Virus record (IMG/VR): IMGVR_UViG_3300037511_000152 | Coordinates: 1-56,772 of that record | Length of the DNA: 56,772 nt | Strand: one strand, 5' to 3' | Origin: a virus | Lineage: Duplodnaviria > Caudoviricetes | Made by a program: the position numbers and the translations under genes | In this document: positions 1 through 8,332 of the stretch, piece after piece | Position numbering within the stretch: the first letter of the stretch is position 1 | How the letters are laid out: each line of letters opens with the position of its first letter | Notes under the pieces: model-generated | Told to the model about the DNA's origin: nothing | What the model saw: only the letters and a program-made list of their open reading frames with translations | Databases searched by the model: none

Positions 1-12
1 GCTCTGCGCACC
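1..12. other. cos site (12-nt cohesive end), left copy
   Basis: GCTCTGCGCACC is identical at 1-12 and 56761-56772; its reverse complement GGTGCGCAGAGC matches the 12-nt cohesive end I recall for phage Chi; lambda gpA-type terminase present. Confidence 0.9.
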
Positions 13-314
13 CCCGGCCTCCGAGGTCTCGGCAGGAGGGACCCAAACCGCCGCGCCACCCCGTCAGGCATCCCTTGCGGCGCACGGCAAGGCACGTAGG
101 ATCGACGAACGTGCAAACGTTGATGCGCACCCACACGCAAGCCAGATGCACTCAGCAGCACGGCCATACGCTAGCCGTAGAGCCATCACGGCAACGACAC
201 ACGGACAGCCCGACGCACAGGCACACGGCCATGCGGACGCGGCCACTGCACCCAGCAGACGCGACACACAGACGCACCGCGCCCGGGAAAAGCAGGGCCG
301 GCCGGCCGGACTCC

Positions 315-325
315 GAAGTTACTTC
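315..325. repeat. GAAGTWACTTC palindrome, first of >=19 dispersed copies (315, 2590, 3544, 3809, 6237, 8557, 12361, 15086, 16949, 17458, 23402, 34530, 39744, 42689, 45696, 46230, 48055, 48820, 51449)
   Basis: Exact copies read directly in the sequence; one-mismatch variants at 8190, 8297, 24739, 49903. Confidence 0.95.
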
Positions 326-457
326 CGAGGTTTTATCAAAGCGACGCACCGCACTGCGCTACGCACGCAGCAGCACGGCACCCAGGCAGCTAGGCTATCG
401 GTAGACCGCACCTAGCCAAGGGACAGCGCCGACCCTGCATACGGATCGACGCCAAAG

Positions 458-482
458 AAAAAGCCCGGCACTCAGGCCGGGC
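458..482 (-). terminator. Rho-independent terminator ending the leftward early operon
   Basis: GCCCGGC/GCCGGGC 7-bp stem preceded by an A-run on + (U-run on -), just past the last leftward gene. Confidence 0.75.
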
Positions 483-507
483 AAAGCACAACGCGGGAGA
501 AAGCTTT

Positions 508-798
508 TCAATACTGATGCATCAACGCATCCAACGCGGCAAGCACGTTGTTTCTGTAGTCCGAGTCCTGCACCGTAGCGGCGATGGCCTCGCGCCACAC
601 AGCTACGTCTTTCACTTGGCCGACGGGCACAAGCGCGGCATGCGTCTGTAGACAATGGTCGATCAACGCCGCCTGTTGCGCGCTCAGTCCCAGCACGCAG
701 GCCGATGCCACGCCTACCAGATAAGCGGGACTCCACTTACCGCCCGTGTCCACCCTAGCCACACGGCAGGCGGACGTATCAAAGTCTTGGCAGTCCAT
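508..798 (-). CDS. hypothetical protein
   Basis: ORF with GGAGGG RBS before ATG 798, in a tightly packed leftward run. Confidence 0.6.
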   Translation of the reverse strand: MDCQDFDTSACRVARVDTGGKWSPAYLVGVASACVLGLSAQQAALIDHCLQTHAALVPVGQVKDVAVWREAIAATVQDSDYRNNVLAALDALMHQY

Positions 799-802
799 CG
801 CG

Positions 803-1084
803 TCACCCCTCCGCCTTGTCTGCTGCTGCCCGTTCCTTGATATGACCGCACCAGAGCCCGGCACGTTCCGTCTCCCCGATCAACGCAAGGAGGAACGTGT
901 ACGTTTCCTGCGAGATCGTTCCGAGTTCCCGATACACGCTTGCCGCGCCTACCATGTAGCAAGCATTGTGAATGCGCGTCTCCTGGGACAGATAAGGCCG
1001 GATGTTGTTGCGCAGGAGATGCCACATGTTCACGGGCAGCGCCGGCCAATGGCGCTCGAATTCGTCTTTACTGATGCTGTACAT
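803..1084 (-). CDS. hypothetical protein
   Basis: ATG 1084 (MYSISKDE), 4 nt after the upstream stop. Confidence 0.65.
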   Translation of the reverse strand: MYSISKDEFERHWPALPVNMWHLLRNNIRPYLSQETRIHNACYMVGAASVYRELGTISQETYTFLLALIGETERAGLWCGHIKERAAADKAEG

Positions 1085-1088
1085 GTCG

Positions 1089-1391
1089 TCACCCGATCCA
1101 GTAGGAGACCCGGGCTTTGCCGCATAGGTCGTAGGTGTGGATAGATAGCGGGATGCGTGCGCCGCGCGCTTCCAGCACGTCGGACAGCCCATCGCGGATG
1201 ATCTTCAGCGCGTCGTTCCGGGAGATGGACAGACCCGCGCAGATGCCCCGCTCAAAATACCGGTTCTCCTCGTTCTGGATCGGCGCGTCAATCCGCACGT
1301 GCAGGTTAAAGCGTGTGCCCGCAGGAGCCCGGGCGACGGCTTTCTCGGCCTCCGCGCGGGTCAGTTCAAGGCGCGTGTGTTGATCGGCCAT
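1089..1391 (-). CDS. hypothetical protein
   Basis: 100-aa ORF packed between neighbours with 4-nt gaps. Confidence 0.75.
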   Translation of the reverse strand: MADQHTRLELTRAEAEKAVARAPAGTRFNLHVRIDAPIQNEENRYFERGICAGLSISRNDALKIIRDGLSDVLEARGARIPLSIHTYDLCGKARVSYWIG

Positions 1392-1395
1392 GACG

Positions 1396-1803
1396 TCACC
1401 CGTACACGATCCGGCCCAGGGCAGCGGCTTGCATGATGCAGTCCGCTAGATTGGCGTCGACCTGCCCGGCGTCGCCGCCGTCTTCGCTGATGAGCGCCTT
1501 GTACAGGCCGGCCCGCAGGTCGGGGCTCACCTGGGCATGGTCAGCCTTGTCCGTCATGTCGCCTTGCAGGACGCGGCGCACGCCTTCACGAAGTTCGGGC
1601 AGGCCTACGCTCTTTTCCGAAACTATCGTGTCTTCGTCACCGCATTCACGGACGGTAACGCGCTGGTGTTCCGTGACGTAGGTGCCTTGGACTGTCTCCG
1701 TGGTAATGAAGTCGGCCCAGTAGTTGGAGCCACCTTCCACGGCCGTGCAAAGCACGTCGCGCAAGAATTGGTCCGAGGGAACGAGGGTCAGAGCGATTGA
1801 CAT
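1396..1803 (-). CDS. hypothetical phage protein
   Basis: 135 aa, GGAG RBS, AxEGGSNYW and DxxxADxIxQ motifs typical of phage early proteins. Confidence 0.8.
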   Translation of the reverse strand: MSIALTLVPSDQFLRDVLCTAVEGGSNYWADFITTETVQGTYVTEHQRVTVRECGDEDTIVSEKSVGLPELREGVRRVLQGDMTDKADHAQVSPDLRAGLYKALISEDGGDAGQVDANLADCIMQAAALGRIVYG

Positions 1804-1834
1804 GGTGTGATTCTCCGTTGTGTGAAAGGATGGA

Positions 1835-2476
1835 TCAGCGGCAAGCCGCTACGAAGGCGGGCGCCATGCGGTTGATGCCGTACATGGAGCGGAAAGCCTT
1901 GCGCGGGTCTTCAATCTCTTCGCGGCTGAACTTCAGATAGTCGGCCAGTTCGTACGCAGCGGCTTCTACGGCAACACGGCGTGCGGTTTCCCGGGTCACG
2001 TCGGGAGAATTCCAAACGGCCAGGGCGACCGACGCGGGGCGAATCGCTTTCAACATGGCGTAAGCCTTGATTGCCGTCATGCCGCGAGCCCGAAGCAAGC
2101 GATATGCGTCGACCGTCTGAGCGTTGCGCGGCTTGCTGCGCAGGGCTGCTGCGTGCAGGCGGATACGGCCGATCAACGCAGCGCGTTGATGGAAAGCCCA
2201 GTCAATGGGGGTACGGGGCTGCACCGAAGGTTGCTCTTCGGTTTCCGGCTTTGCGGCGGGCTGGAAGGTGCGGCGGGTGAGGTTGTAGCCGTCTTCCTTG
2301 CTGTACTCGCCTTTCCATTGCTTGGCCCAGGAATCGGCTTCTTGCTTGTCGGTCGTGAAGCATTCCTCCTCGCAGAATTCGCGGCCGGAAGCGCTATCCG
2401 TAACGCGGACAAGGTAGGCCGGGCGTTGGAACTTGTCGGCCAGGACTTGAATCTCTGCAAACGGGGTGCGCATCAT
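1835..2476 (-). CDS. hypothetical protein
   Basis: 213 aa, GGAG RBS, directly downstream of promoter 2512-2540. Confidence 0.8.
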   Translation of the reverse strand: MMRTPFAEIQVLADKFQRPAYLVRVTDSASGREFCEEECFTTDKQEADSWAKQWKGEYSKEDGYNLTRRTFQPAAKPETEEQPSVQPRTPIDWAFHQRAALIGRIRLHAAALRSKPRNAQTVDAYRLLRARGMTAIKAYAMLKAIRPASVALAVWNSPDVTRETARRVAVEAAAYELADYLKFSREEIEDPRKAFRSMYGINRMAPAFVAACR

Positions 2477-2511
2477 GATGTTTCTCCGCTGTGTTGTGCT
2501 TGTGTATGTCT

Positions 2512-2540
2512 AGAGTAGGTAAAACTGTTCAACAGTTCAA
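2512..2540 (-). promoter_or_regulatory. sigma70-like promoter with ACTGTTCAACAGT operator
   Basis: TTGAAC-N17-TACTCT on -; perfect palindrome at 2524-2536. Confidence 0.7.
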
Positions 2541-2549
2541 GGATACCAG

Positions 2550-2582
2550 AAAAGAAAACGGCCTAGGGGAATCCCTAAGCCG
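2550..2582 (-). terminator. Rho-independent terminator
   Basis: CGGCTTAGGG/CCCTAGGCCG stem (G-U pair on -) followed by TTTTCTTTT. Confidence 0.7.
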
Positions 2583-2603
2583 CGTGTCGGAAGTAACTTC
2601 CGG

Positions 2604-2894
2604 TCAGACGCTGTCGTCTGTGTCCTGCGGGCGTTTCGGCACGCCGATTGTGCCGCCCCATTTGGGCGCGGGCTTGTCGTCAGAGTAGGGCCAGACATTT
2701 TGCCGTTGCGGCGCCCACGTAATGGCCGGGAGTGGATGCACGAACCCAGGTTCGCCCGGCCGTGGTTGCATCATGCGATCCAATGTCGCTGTCACCCGGT
2801 CAGCAACCCACTCGAAATACGGGCGATGCGGATCGCGAACCGAGGACGTGCCAACGATTTTGCCGCGTGCCCATCGCTGTTCTGACGTGTTCAT
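2604..2894 (-). CDS. hypothetical protein
   Basis: ATG 2894 with GGGGAG RBS (MNTSEQRW). Confidence 0.6.
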   Translation of the reverse strand: MNTSEQRWARGKIVGTSSVRDPHRPYFEWVADRVTATLDRMMQPRPGEPGFVHPLPAITWAPQRQNVWPYSDDKPAPKWGGTIGVPKRPQDTDDSV

Positions 2895-2902
2895 GACTCC
2901 CC

Positions 2903-3076
2903 CTATGCATCGTACCGGCACAGCCGCAGAATGCGGTAGCCGGGTTCCGTGTCCACCTGGGCAGCGTTGGCGACGGCCCTGCATTCCCGGTAGGTTCTTA
3001 TGATCGGCTGACCGCTACCTACCGGATACATCTCGCCCGTTTGCAGCGATAGCGCGATCAAAACGACATACCACAT
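2903..3076 (-). CDS. small hypothetical protein (57 aa, hydrophobic N-terminus)
   Basis: Translated by hand, MWYVVLIALSLQTG...; GGGGG RBS; fills the gap exactly. Confidence 0.55.
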   Translation of the reverse strand: MWYVVLIALSLQTGEMYPVGSGQPIIRTYRECRAVANAAQVDTEPGYRILRLCRYDA

Positions 3077-3088
3077 GACAACCCCCTG

Positions 3089-3259
3089 CTACTGACGTTG
3101 CGACACTTCGTGACCCGTCTGCGCGGGTTCTGGCGTTACTGCGCACCAAAAGGCGATGGCGACTCCTGCTACAGCCGTAACGCCCAGGATACGCCTTAGA
3201 CGGCCCTTCCATGGGCAGTCCGGGCTTGTGTGCTCCGTGGAACTGCAAATACAGCACAT
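3089..3259 (-). CDS. small membrane protein with Cys/His knuckle (56 aa)
   Basis: Translated by hand, MCCICSSTEHTSPDCPW...ILGVTAVAGVAIAFWCAV; GGAG RBS. Confidence 0.55.
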   Translation of the reverse strand: MCCICSSTEHTSPDCPWKGRLRRILGVTAVAGVAIAFWCAVTPEPAQTGHEVSQRQ

Positions 3260-3269
3260 GGCGGGTCTC

Positions 3270-3539
3270 CTATCGGTTGTGGCACTCTTCCCTGGCTTTC
3301 AGTTCGTCCAGGTAAGCGCGGCCGGATTCCGTGGGGTAGAAGCGCGGCAAGTGCCACGCTACCGTTCTCAGGCCGTCCGGCTCCTGGCGTGTGGCGAAAC
3401 CACGGCGAACGAGACTATCAAGAATTTTGATCGTCCCGCTTTCGCAGTTCCAAAGCCAGCCGCCCGGCCATTGGCCTATCTTGCACAGCGCCCGCAAGCA
3501 TCCGATTTGCGAGGCGCCGAGTTTCTGCCCGTGTGCCAT
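3270..3539 (-). CDS. hypothetical protein, possible winged-helix
   Basis: ATG 3539; ILDSLVRRGFA...FYPTESGRAYL pattern. Confidence 0.6.
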   Translation of the reverse strand: MAHGQKLGASQIGCLRALCKIGQWPGGWLWNCESGTIKILDSLVRRGFATRQEPDGLRTVAWHLPRFYPTESGRAYLDELKAREECHNR

Positions 3540-3547
3540 CGCAGAAG

Positions 3548-3685
3548 TTACTTCGTAGCGGCTTCCACGGCTGCAATATGTGCTTGCAGAGCCGAGAAAA
3601 CCGGAGCCACGGCAGACGCGACGACTGCGGATGCGCCGACAGCGATGAAGGAAGAAAGAAGGACAGTGATAACGGCGGTTTTCAT
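3548..3685 (-). CDS. small hydrophobic membrane protein (45 aa)
   Basis: MKTAVITVLLSSFIAVGASAVVASAVAPVFSALQAHIAAVEAATK; GGAG RBS; own promoter upstream. Confidence 0.65.
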   Translation of the reverse strand: MKTAVITVLLSSFIAVGASAVVASAVAPVFSALQAHIAAVEAATK

Positions 3686-3730
3686 GATTTTTTCTCCGGT
3701 GTGTTGGTTTTCGGCATCTGCCGTAACTTG

Positions 3731-3758
3731 AGAATAGGTCGTGCCGCGAAGAATTCAA
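3731..3758 (-). promoter_or_regulatory. sigma70-like promoter
   Basis: TTGAAT-N16-TATTCT on -. Confidence 0.55.
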
Positions 3759-3767
3759 GCGCGACAC

Positions 3768-3802
3768 AAAGAAAAACGGCCTAGGCGTTTTCCCTAGGCC
3801 GT
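3768..3802 (-). terminator. Rho-independent terminator
   Basis: ACGGCCTAGG/CCTAGGCCGT 10-bp stem plus U-run on -. Confidence 0.75.
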
Positions 3803-3821
3803 AATTCGGAAGTAACTTCGT

Positions 3822-3992
3822 TCAGTGCGACGGGTGATTCTGCACGATTCCCAGAACTTCGTCGTAGCCCTCATCGCGCAGTTTGTCGGCGACGGCGAAC
3901 AGGTCTTCGCCTGTTTCGTCCCATGAGAAGATGCGCTGTTGATTCGGCGCCGATACGTCACGAATGACTACGCATACCTTGTATGAAACCAT
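3822..3992 (-). CDS. small hypothetical protein (56 aa)
   Basis: Translated by hand, MVSYKVCVVIRD...; GGAG RBS. Confidence 0.6.
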   Translation of the reverse strand: MVSYKVCVVIRDVSAPNQQRIFSWDETGEDLFAVADKLRDEGYDEVLGIVQNHPSH

Positions 3993-3993
3993 G

Positions 3994-4266
3994 TCAATCT
4001 CCGTGGTGTGAGCGAATACCGCCGATCAGCATCCCGCCAATCGTGATAGCCGCGATGCAGATGGCAACCCCGCCGCCCTTGTGGCCTGCGATCATCGTGC
4101 CGAAACCCCAAACAGCCCCGCCAAGGGCGACCAAAGCGGCTAGGGTGAGCCGGGCAAGCGCGATCTTGCTGGCGGACGTGAAAGGAATCGCGCGGGCGTT
4201 CTGCTGTCGTTTCAGGCGTCGCCATGCCCGCATGTCACGGCGTGCCTGTAGGATGGGTGAGCGCAT
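3994..4266 (-). CDS. two-TM membrane protein
   Basis: ATG 4266 with GGAGG RBS; two hydrophobic segments. Confidence 0.7.
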   Translation of the reverse strand: MRSPILQARRDMRAWRRLKRQQNARAIPFTSASKIALARLTLAALVALGGAVWGFGTMIAGHKGGGVAICIAAITIGGMLIGGIRSHHGD

Positions 4267-4267
4267 G

Positions 4268-4720
4268 TCAGCCTCCGGTGTTGAGTTGATGCACGGAGCC
4301 TGCCAACATGCCCGGAAACACGTCATGCAAGAAGCCTTGCGCGTCGGCTAAGTCCTTTGCCGCGAAAGACACGCGATGCCATCCGCCCTTTTTCTGCACC
4401 CAGCGAGGCGAACGGCAATGCGCCAGAACGTCAAAAAGCGCTTGCGCGTTTGCCTCGCCACGGACGACCACGTAAAACCGAAGACGCGGCGCCGGGTGTT
4501 CCTCCGTCTTGCGGCACGCCAGCCTATGCGGGTGCCATGCAAGCCGGTTAACCTGGTCGTCGGCGCCTTTGTCCGTGAAGACGGCGGCCGCGTCCCAGAT
4601 ATCAGTCCATTCCGGTTTAACCATGCCCCACGCATCCACGGGAGCGACCAAGTATTTTCCGGTAGACGGATGCTTGATGCGCAGCAACGCACCCGGCGGC
4701 GGGGTGTAGATGTCGGCCAT
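4268..4720 (-). CDS. hypothetical protein
   Basis: 150 aa, GGAGG RBS, packed with neighbours. Confidence 0.75.
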   Translation of the reverse strand: MADIYTPPPGALLRIKHPSTGKYLVAPVDAWGMVKPEWTDIWDAAAVFTDKGADDQVNRLAWHPHRLACRKTEEHPAPRLRFYVVVRGEANAQALFDVLAHCRSPRWVQKKGGWHRVSFAAKDLADAQGFLHDVFPGMLAGSVHQLNTGG

Positions 4721-4724
4721 GGTT

Positions 4725-5312
4725 TCAGTCCTCCGTAACTACGTCTCGGGCGGCCCAATAAGCGGCTTCCTGTTCTTCGGTGGCGGCGGCGCGGGCGTGT
4801 TCGCCTGCCAGTTCTAGCGCCGTCTCCTTGATGTAGTCGGAACAGTCCGATTCGATCCCCCACACGGCATAGGCGTAGTCGGTCGGCGTTTCGTCGTCCT
4901 GCTCGGGATTGTCGGACAAAGGAGTAACGATAACCCCCACATAGCGCCACTCGTCACGGCACCACGCCCGCAGGCGTTCAAAGTCCGCGTACACGGCGTC
5001 GGTACGCAGTTGTCCTTTTGTGGCGTCCTTTGTCGCGACGTTGCAAGAATTCCAGTCGTCGCGACGAGCGATCTTGATGGCTTCCTGAAAGTCATAGAAC
5101 CGATGGGAGCCCCGATCCGAATTCAGGATCATTTCGCCCGGCCGTTTGCTTCTGCGCTCCCAGCCGGAGACGGGACCATGGCCGTCTTCATTATCCCAGG
5201 GAGCCGGAGCGTCGGCATCGTCTTCCAGGTTCAACCGATAGCGGCGAGTGTCGCCGAAAAGGTCGGTGTATTCGAAAATCTCGCCGTCAATGGCACGCGG
5301 AGTAACTTGCAT
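4725..5312 (-). CDS. hypothetical phage protein
   Basis: 195-aa acidic protein, PWD...W...W.YVGVIV...WGIES pattern. Confidence 0.8.
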   Translation of the reverse strand: MQVTPRAIDGEIFEYTDLFGDTRRYRLNLEDDADAPAPWDNEDGHGPVSGWERRSKRPGEMILNSDRGSHRFYDFQEAIKIARRDDWNSCNVATKDATKGQLRTDAVYADFERLRAWCRDEWRYVGVIVTPLSDNPEQDDETPTDYAYAVWGIESDCSDYIKETALELAGEHARAAATEEQEAAYWAARDVVTED

Positions 5313-5321
5313 GATTGCACC

Positions 5322-6122
5322 TTAAACGGATTGTTTGGCTTGCGATTGATCCCAGAGCAGGCCGCACGACTCCACGGCTTCCCGAAAGCGGCGTTGCAGG
5401 TCAGGTAGGCGAGCGCGCAAGACGGCTTCCAGTTCCTTGCGCGGGAGGGATAGCTGCTCATCGGTGGCCTCTGGCCAGATAGCGGCCTTGCGCGCCTTGT
5501 CGAATTCCCGCTCCTTGCCTTCGCCCATGGTGTACCAGGGGACATACACGAGGCCCGGACCTGAGGCGGTCGGTTGCGTTGCCGAATCCACGTATTGCGG
5601 CACGCCGTCAATGCGTGCGTCTCGCTCTTCGCCTTGAATGATGGCGGCCAAGCGCCAAGCAAGCAACCCGTTACGATTGCGAATCTGGCGCTTCTCGCCC
5701 TTGGCTAGTCCGTTATGGTCGCGGTCACCTGCGAAGTAAGCCGCGTTTGCGACGTAGTGCAGAGGCTCATCCGAAGATGTTAGATGCCACTGGATCAGGG
5801 GCACCAGTTCCGGGAAATGTTTAGCAATCTCGTCATGCAGGCAGCCGCAGGCAAGGCAGTCGTCACGGCGCCGCGAATTGGCGGCCGTGATATCGCCCGT
5901 GATTGCGAATGAGTTATGCCCATTGCCGCAATTATCATCGAATCGAATTTCCACCGTGAAGTAAGCATTCTCCCCGTAATACCTGATCTTCCGGGCGTAG
6001 CTCTTCCAGGTTTGATTACGCAGCAATGCGGGCTTGTCGGTATCGGCCACCACGTTATAGAACCGGCCCGGCACACCAAGCACTTCGCCTGCGTATTCCC
6101 GCTGGATGATTTCGTTAGGCAT
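5322..6122 (-). CDS. hypothetical phage protein, first gene of leftward early operon
   Basis: ATG 6122 with GGAG RBS; FAITG...CGCLHDEI..HFPEL...WHL motif. Confidence 0.8.
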   Translation of the reverse strand: MPNEIIQREYAGEVLGVPGRFYNVVADTDKPALLRNQTWKSYARKIRYYGENAYFTVEIRFDDNCGNGHNSFAITGDITAANSRRRDDCLACGCLHDEIAKHFPELVPLIQWHLTSSDEPLHYVANAAYFAGDRDHNGLAKGEKRQIRNRNGLLAWRLAAIIQGEERDARIDGVPQYVDSATQPTASGPGLVYVPWYTMGEGKEREFDKARKAAIWPEATDEQLSLPRKELEAVLRARLPDLQRRFREAVESCGLLWDQSQAKQSV

Positions 6123-6175
6123 TCTGTTTCTCCGTTTGCGTTGAAGGTCCCGAGTCTTCGCCCGGGGTTGTTGGA

Positions 6176-6204
6176 AGAATAGTAACACTGTTCAACAGTT
6201 ACAA
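6176..6204 (-). promoter_or_regulatory. sigma70-like leftward promoter with ACTGTTCAACAGT operator
   Basis: TTGTAA-N17-TATTCT; palindrome at 6187-6199. Confidence 0.7.
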
Positions 6205-6441
6205 GCAACACCGCGCCTAGGGGTTTCCCTGATCCCGAAGTAACTTCCTGCCCGCCCATGTGGCGGCGCGTCTGCCCGCTACCCCGAATCCAGTATCTAC
6301 AAGGCTTTGCAGCCCGCGACGGCCCGATAACCCGCGCCGTTGAGCCATTGTGCGCTTGGCGCCTCTTGGCGCGGCGGCCGTGATCCTGCGATTGCCCGCC
6401 AGCCCGTTACACCCAGGCCGGGCGGCCGGGCGCCGCGCCGC

Positions 6442-6570
6442 GCTTACTTTGGAACCTCGGATTGATATTTTGAAATCCTAAATTCCGAAACGAGGCCGGC
6501 AGGGGTTCGCGACTTTCGGCTTACTTTGGAACCTCGGATTGATTTTTGAAAATCCTAAATTCCGAAACGA
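6442..6570. repeat. 52-bp direct repeat x2 (6442-6493, 6519-6570)
   Basis: GCTTACTTTGGAACCTCGGATTGAT...AAATCCTAAATTCCGAAACGA is near-identical in both copies. Confidence 0.95.
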
Positions 6571-6582
6571 CCGGTACACCCC

Positions 6583-6611
6583 TTGACTTCTTGTCACTGT
6601 TCAACGATTAT
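6583..6611 (+). promoter_or_regulatory. sigma70-like rightward promoter with operator variant
   Basis: TTGACT-N17-GATTAT; ACTGTTCAACGAT at 6596-6608. Confidence 0.6.
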
Positions 6612-6644
6612 TCGGGAAAACCAACAGCAAGAAGGGGAGAGCAT

Positions 6645-6932
6645 ATGGCGTGCAAAGACTGCCAGGGTAAGAACCCAAGCGTTGACTCCATGGTCGGCCG
6701 GCTGGCCCGCCTTGACATCGGTGAGACGGAGACACGTGCCATCCGGATCGAGTGCGATAAGGCGACCAAGGACACGATCATGGAGACGATCAACAAGCTG
6801 CGCAGCAACATCGCAGCGACCGTCAAGCAGGCCGTCGATAAGACCGGCCACAAGTACACGGTCGAGACCGGCGATATCCGTACGCGCTCATTCGACTTCC
6901 TCCTCATCGTCGCGGTCACGAGACTCGCATGA
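6645..6932 (+). CDS. hypothetical protein
   Basis: ATG 6645 with GGGGAG RBS; first gene of the rightward block. Confidence 0.8.
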   Translation: MACKDCQGKNPSVDSMVGRLARLDIGETETRAIRIECDKATKDTIMETINKLRSNIAATVKQAVDKTGHKYTVETGDIRTRSFDFLLIVAVTRLA

Positions 6933-7465
6933 GCGCCGATCAGAAGTTCTTCGAAGGATCGCTCGCGCTGATGCAGATGGCCGTGGCGTGCGTGATGGAG
7001 AAGGCCGGCATGACCGAGGTGACAGTTACCCGGGAGGAACTGCAATCCATCTTCGATCGTAAGCGCGTGTTTTGGCGCGCGGGCGTGATGGTCGGTTTCA
7101 CGTGTCTCCTTGAAGACCCTGCACCTACGGCCGAGCAGATCGTCGACAACGCAGAACAAAACCACCCTGAACCGGAGGCGCCGACAGCCGAGCCGATGCG
7201 CAACTGGGAGGAAGACTTCAGCCACGAGAACGGCCAATACACGTGCCGTTGCGTTGAGTGCGGGCACAAGTTCATCGGGCACAAACGGCGCCAGGAATGC
7301 AAGGATTGCGCGGCAAGCCGGTCGGCCACGGTGAAAATCATCAAGGACTGCCCGGCGTGCGGTGGCAGCGGCGAGGGAAAAGTTCTCGTCGGCGCAGGCC
7401 CCGATGCGTATCACGAGACCTGCGATTGCCCGCAATGTCTCGGCATCGGGGTCGTCGAGCAATGA
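6929..7465 (+). CDS. Zn-finger protein with DnaJ-type CxxCxGxG repeats
   Basis: CVEC, CKDC, CPACGGSG, CPQCLGIG; ATGA overlap with the upstream gene. Confidence 0.75.
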   Translation: MSADQKFFEGSLALMQMAVACVMEKAGMTEVTVTREELQSIFDRKRVFWRAGVMVGFTCLLEDPAPTAEQIVDNAEQNHPEPEAPTAEPMRNWEEDFSHENGQYTCRCVECGHKFIGHKRRQECKDCAASRSATVKIIKDCPACGGSGEGKVLVGAGPDAYHETCDCPQCLGIGVVEQ

Positions 7466-7752
7466 CCCGAGTTCCTTACCGCTGCTACAGCCGGCGCTTC
7501 AACAGCGAGACGGTGAAGTCTCACTTTCAGAAGGAGTGGGATTCCGTCTTCCTGGCCGGCGCGGAGCCGAATGACACGCGGGTCGTCGCCTTGGTAGCAG
7601 CCGCTGTGAAAACGGGGATCAAGGTCGCCCGGGAGTACCGCCCTGACTACCCAGCCAAAGGGCTCAGTGGTGTGATGGTGACTCGCGTTCCCTTGGACTT
7701 CCAGATGCCGAGAAGCATCGTCTCAAGGTGGAACCCGGCCGGGGGCTTGTGA
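7462..7752 (+). CDS. hypothetical protein
   Basis: ATGA-coupled start (MTRVPYRC). Confidence 0.65.
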   Translation: MTRVPYRCYSRRFNSETVKSHFQKEWDSVFLAGAEPNDTRVVALVAAAVKTGIKVAREYRPDYPAKGLSGVMVTRVPLDFQMPRSIVSRWNPAGGL

Positions 7753-8054
7753 TGGGCGTTGTCATCGAACTGGCGAAAGTGCGAGAGGCCAGGGCGCAGG
7801 CCGTCTCGAAATACCCGCTCATCCGCTGTCCGCATTGCGGCGGCCCGTCGTCTCCTGAGTTTCGCTCGTTGGAAGGGCTTACCGTGCTGATCGCCTACCG
7901 GTGTGACGGCGCGACCAAGGAACCGCACCCAGGCGGCGCGCGGTCAACGACCTTCCGGGTGCTCTTCGACATCAACGGCCGGGCTATCGAAGCCTACTCC
8001 GGCTGGAGCAGCATAAAGCACAAACTGAAGTCGATGTACTGGAACGGCCTCTGA
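7752..8054 (+). CDS. hypothetical Zn-ribbon protein
   Basis: TGATG coupling; CPHCGG motif. Confidence 0.65.
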   Translation: MGVVIELAKVREARAQAVSKYPLIRCPHCGGPSSPEFRSLEGLTVLIAYRCDGATKEPHPGGARSTTFRVLFDINGRAIEAYSGWSSIKHKLKSMYWNGL

Positions 8055-8241
8055 TCGTTTTTGACGGGCCTCCCTAGCCACCCTACGTCCCTCCTCCCGA
8101 TCGTCGAATGGCGGTCCCATCCTGCAAGCCGGAGCCGCCTCGGCACCCCGAATAGACTCTCGCCGGATTGGCTTTCGACTGCCGGCCGCGAAGCTACTTC
8201 AGACAGAAATCAAGAAATACCTCCACTCACTGCAAATCCTC

Positions 8242-8270
8242 TTGACACTCAGTGTAAGAGGGTCTAGGCT
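8242..8270 (+). promoter_or_regulatory. sigma70-like promoter
   Basis: TTGACA-N17-TAGGCT, flanked by palindrome variants at 8190 and 8297. Confidence 0.65.
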
Positions 8271-8332
8271 GCGTTTCATCTCGCACACGCTCGTGCGAAG
8301 TAATTTCCGAATCCAGGAAAAGGAGTACCGCC

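Noticed and set aside
1-12. Terminal direct repeat or att site
   Set aside because: A 12-nt sequence with cosN-like dyad and a gpA-type terminase fits a cohesive end written at both ends; no integrase seen
64-415. ORFs in the left terminal region
   Set aside because: Overlapping Arg/Thr/His-rich translations of skewed repeats, beyond the terminator, with no RBS
6442-6570. Two-repeat mini-CRISPR array
   Set aside because: Only two 52-bp units with a 25-bp gap; unit length is atypical and there is no leader or cas context
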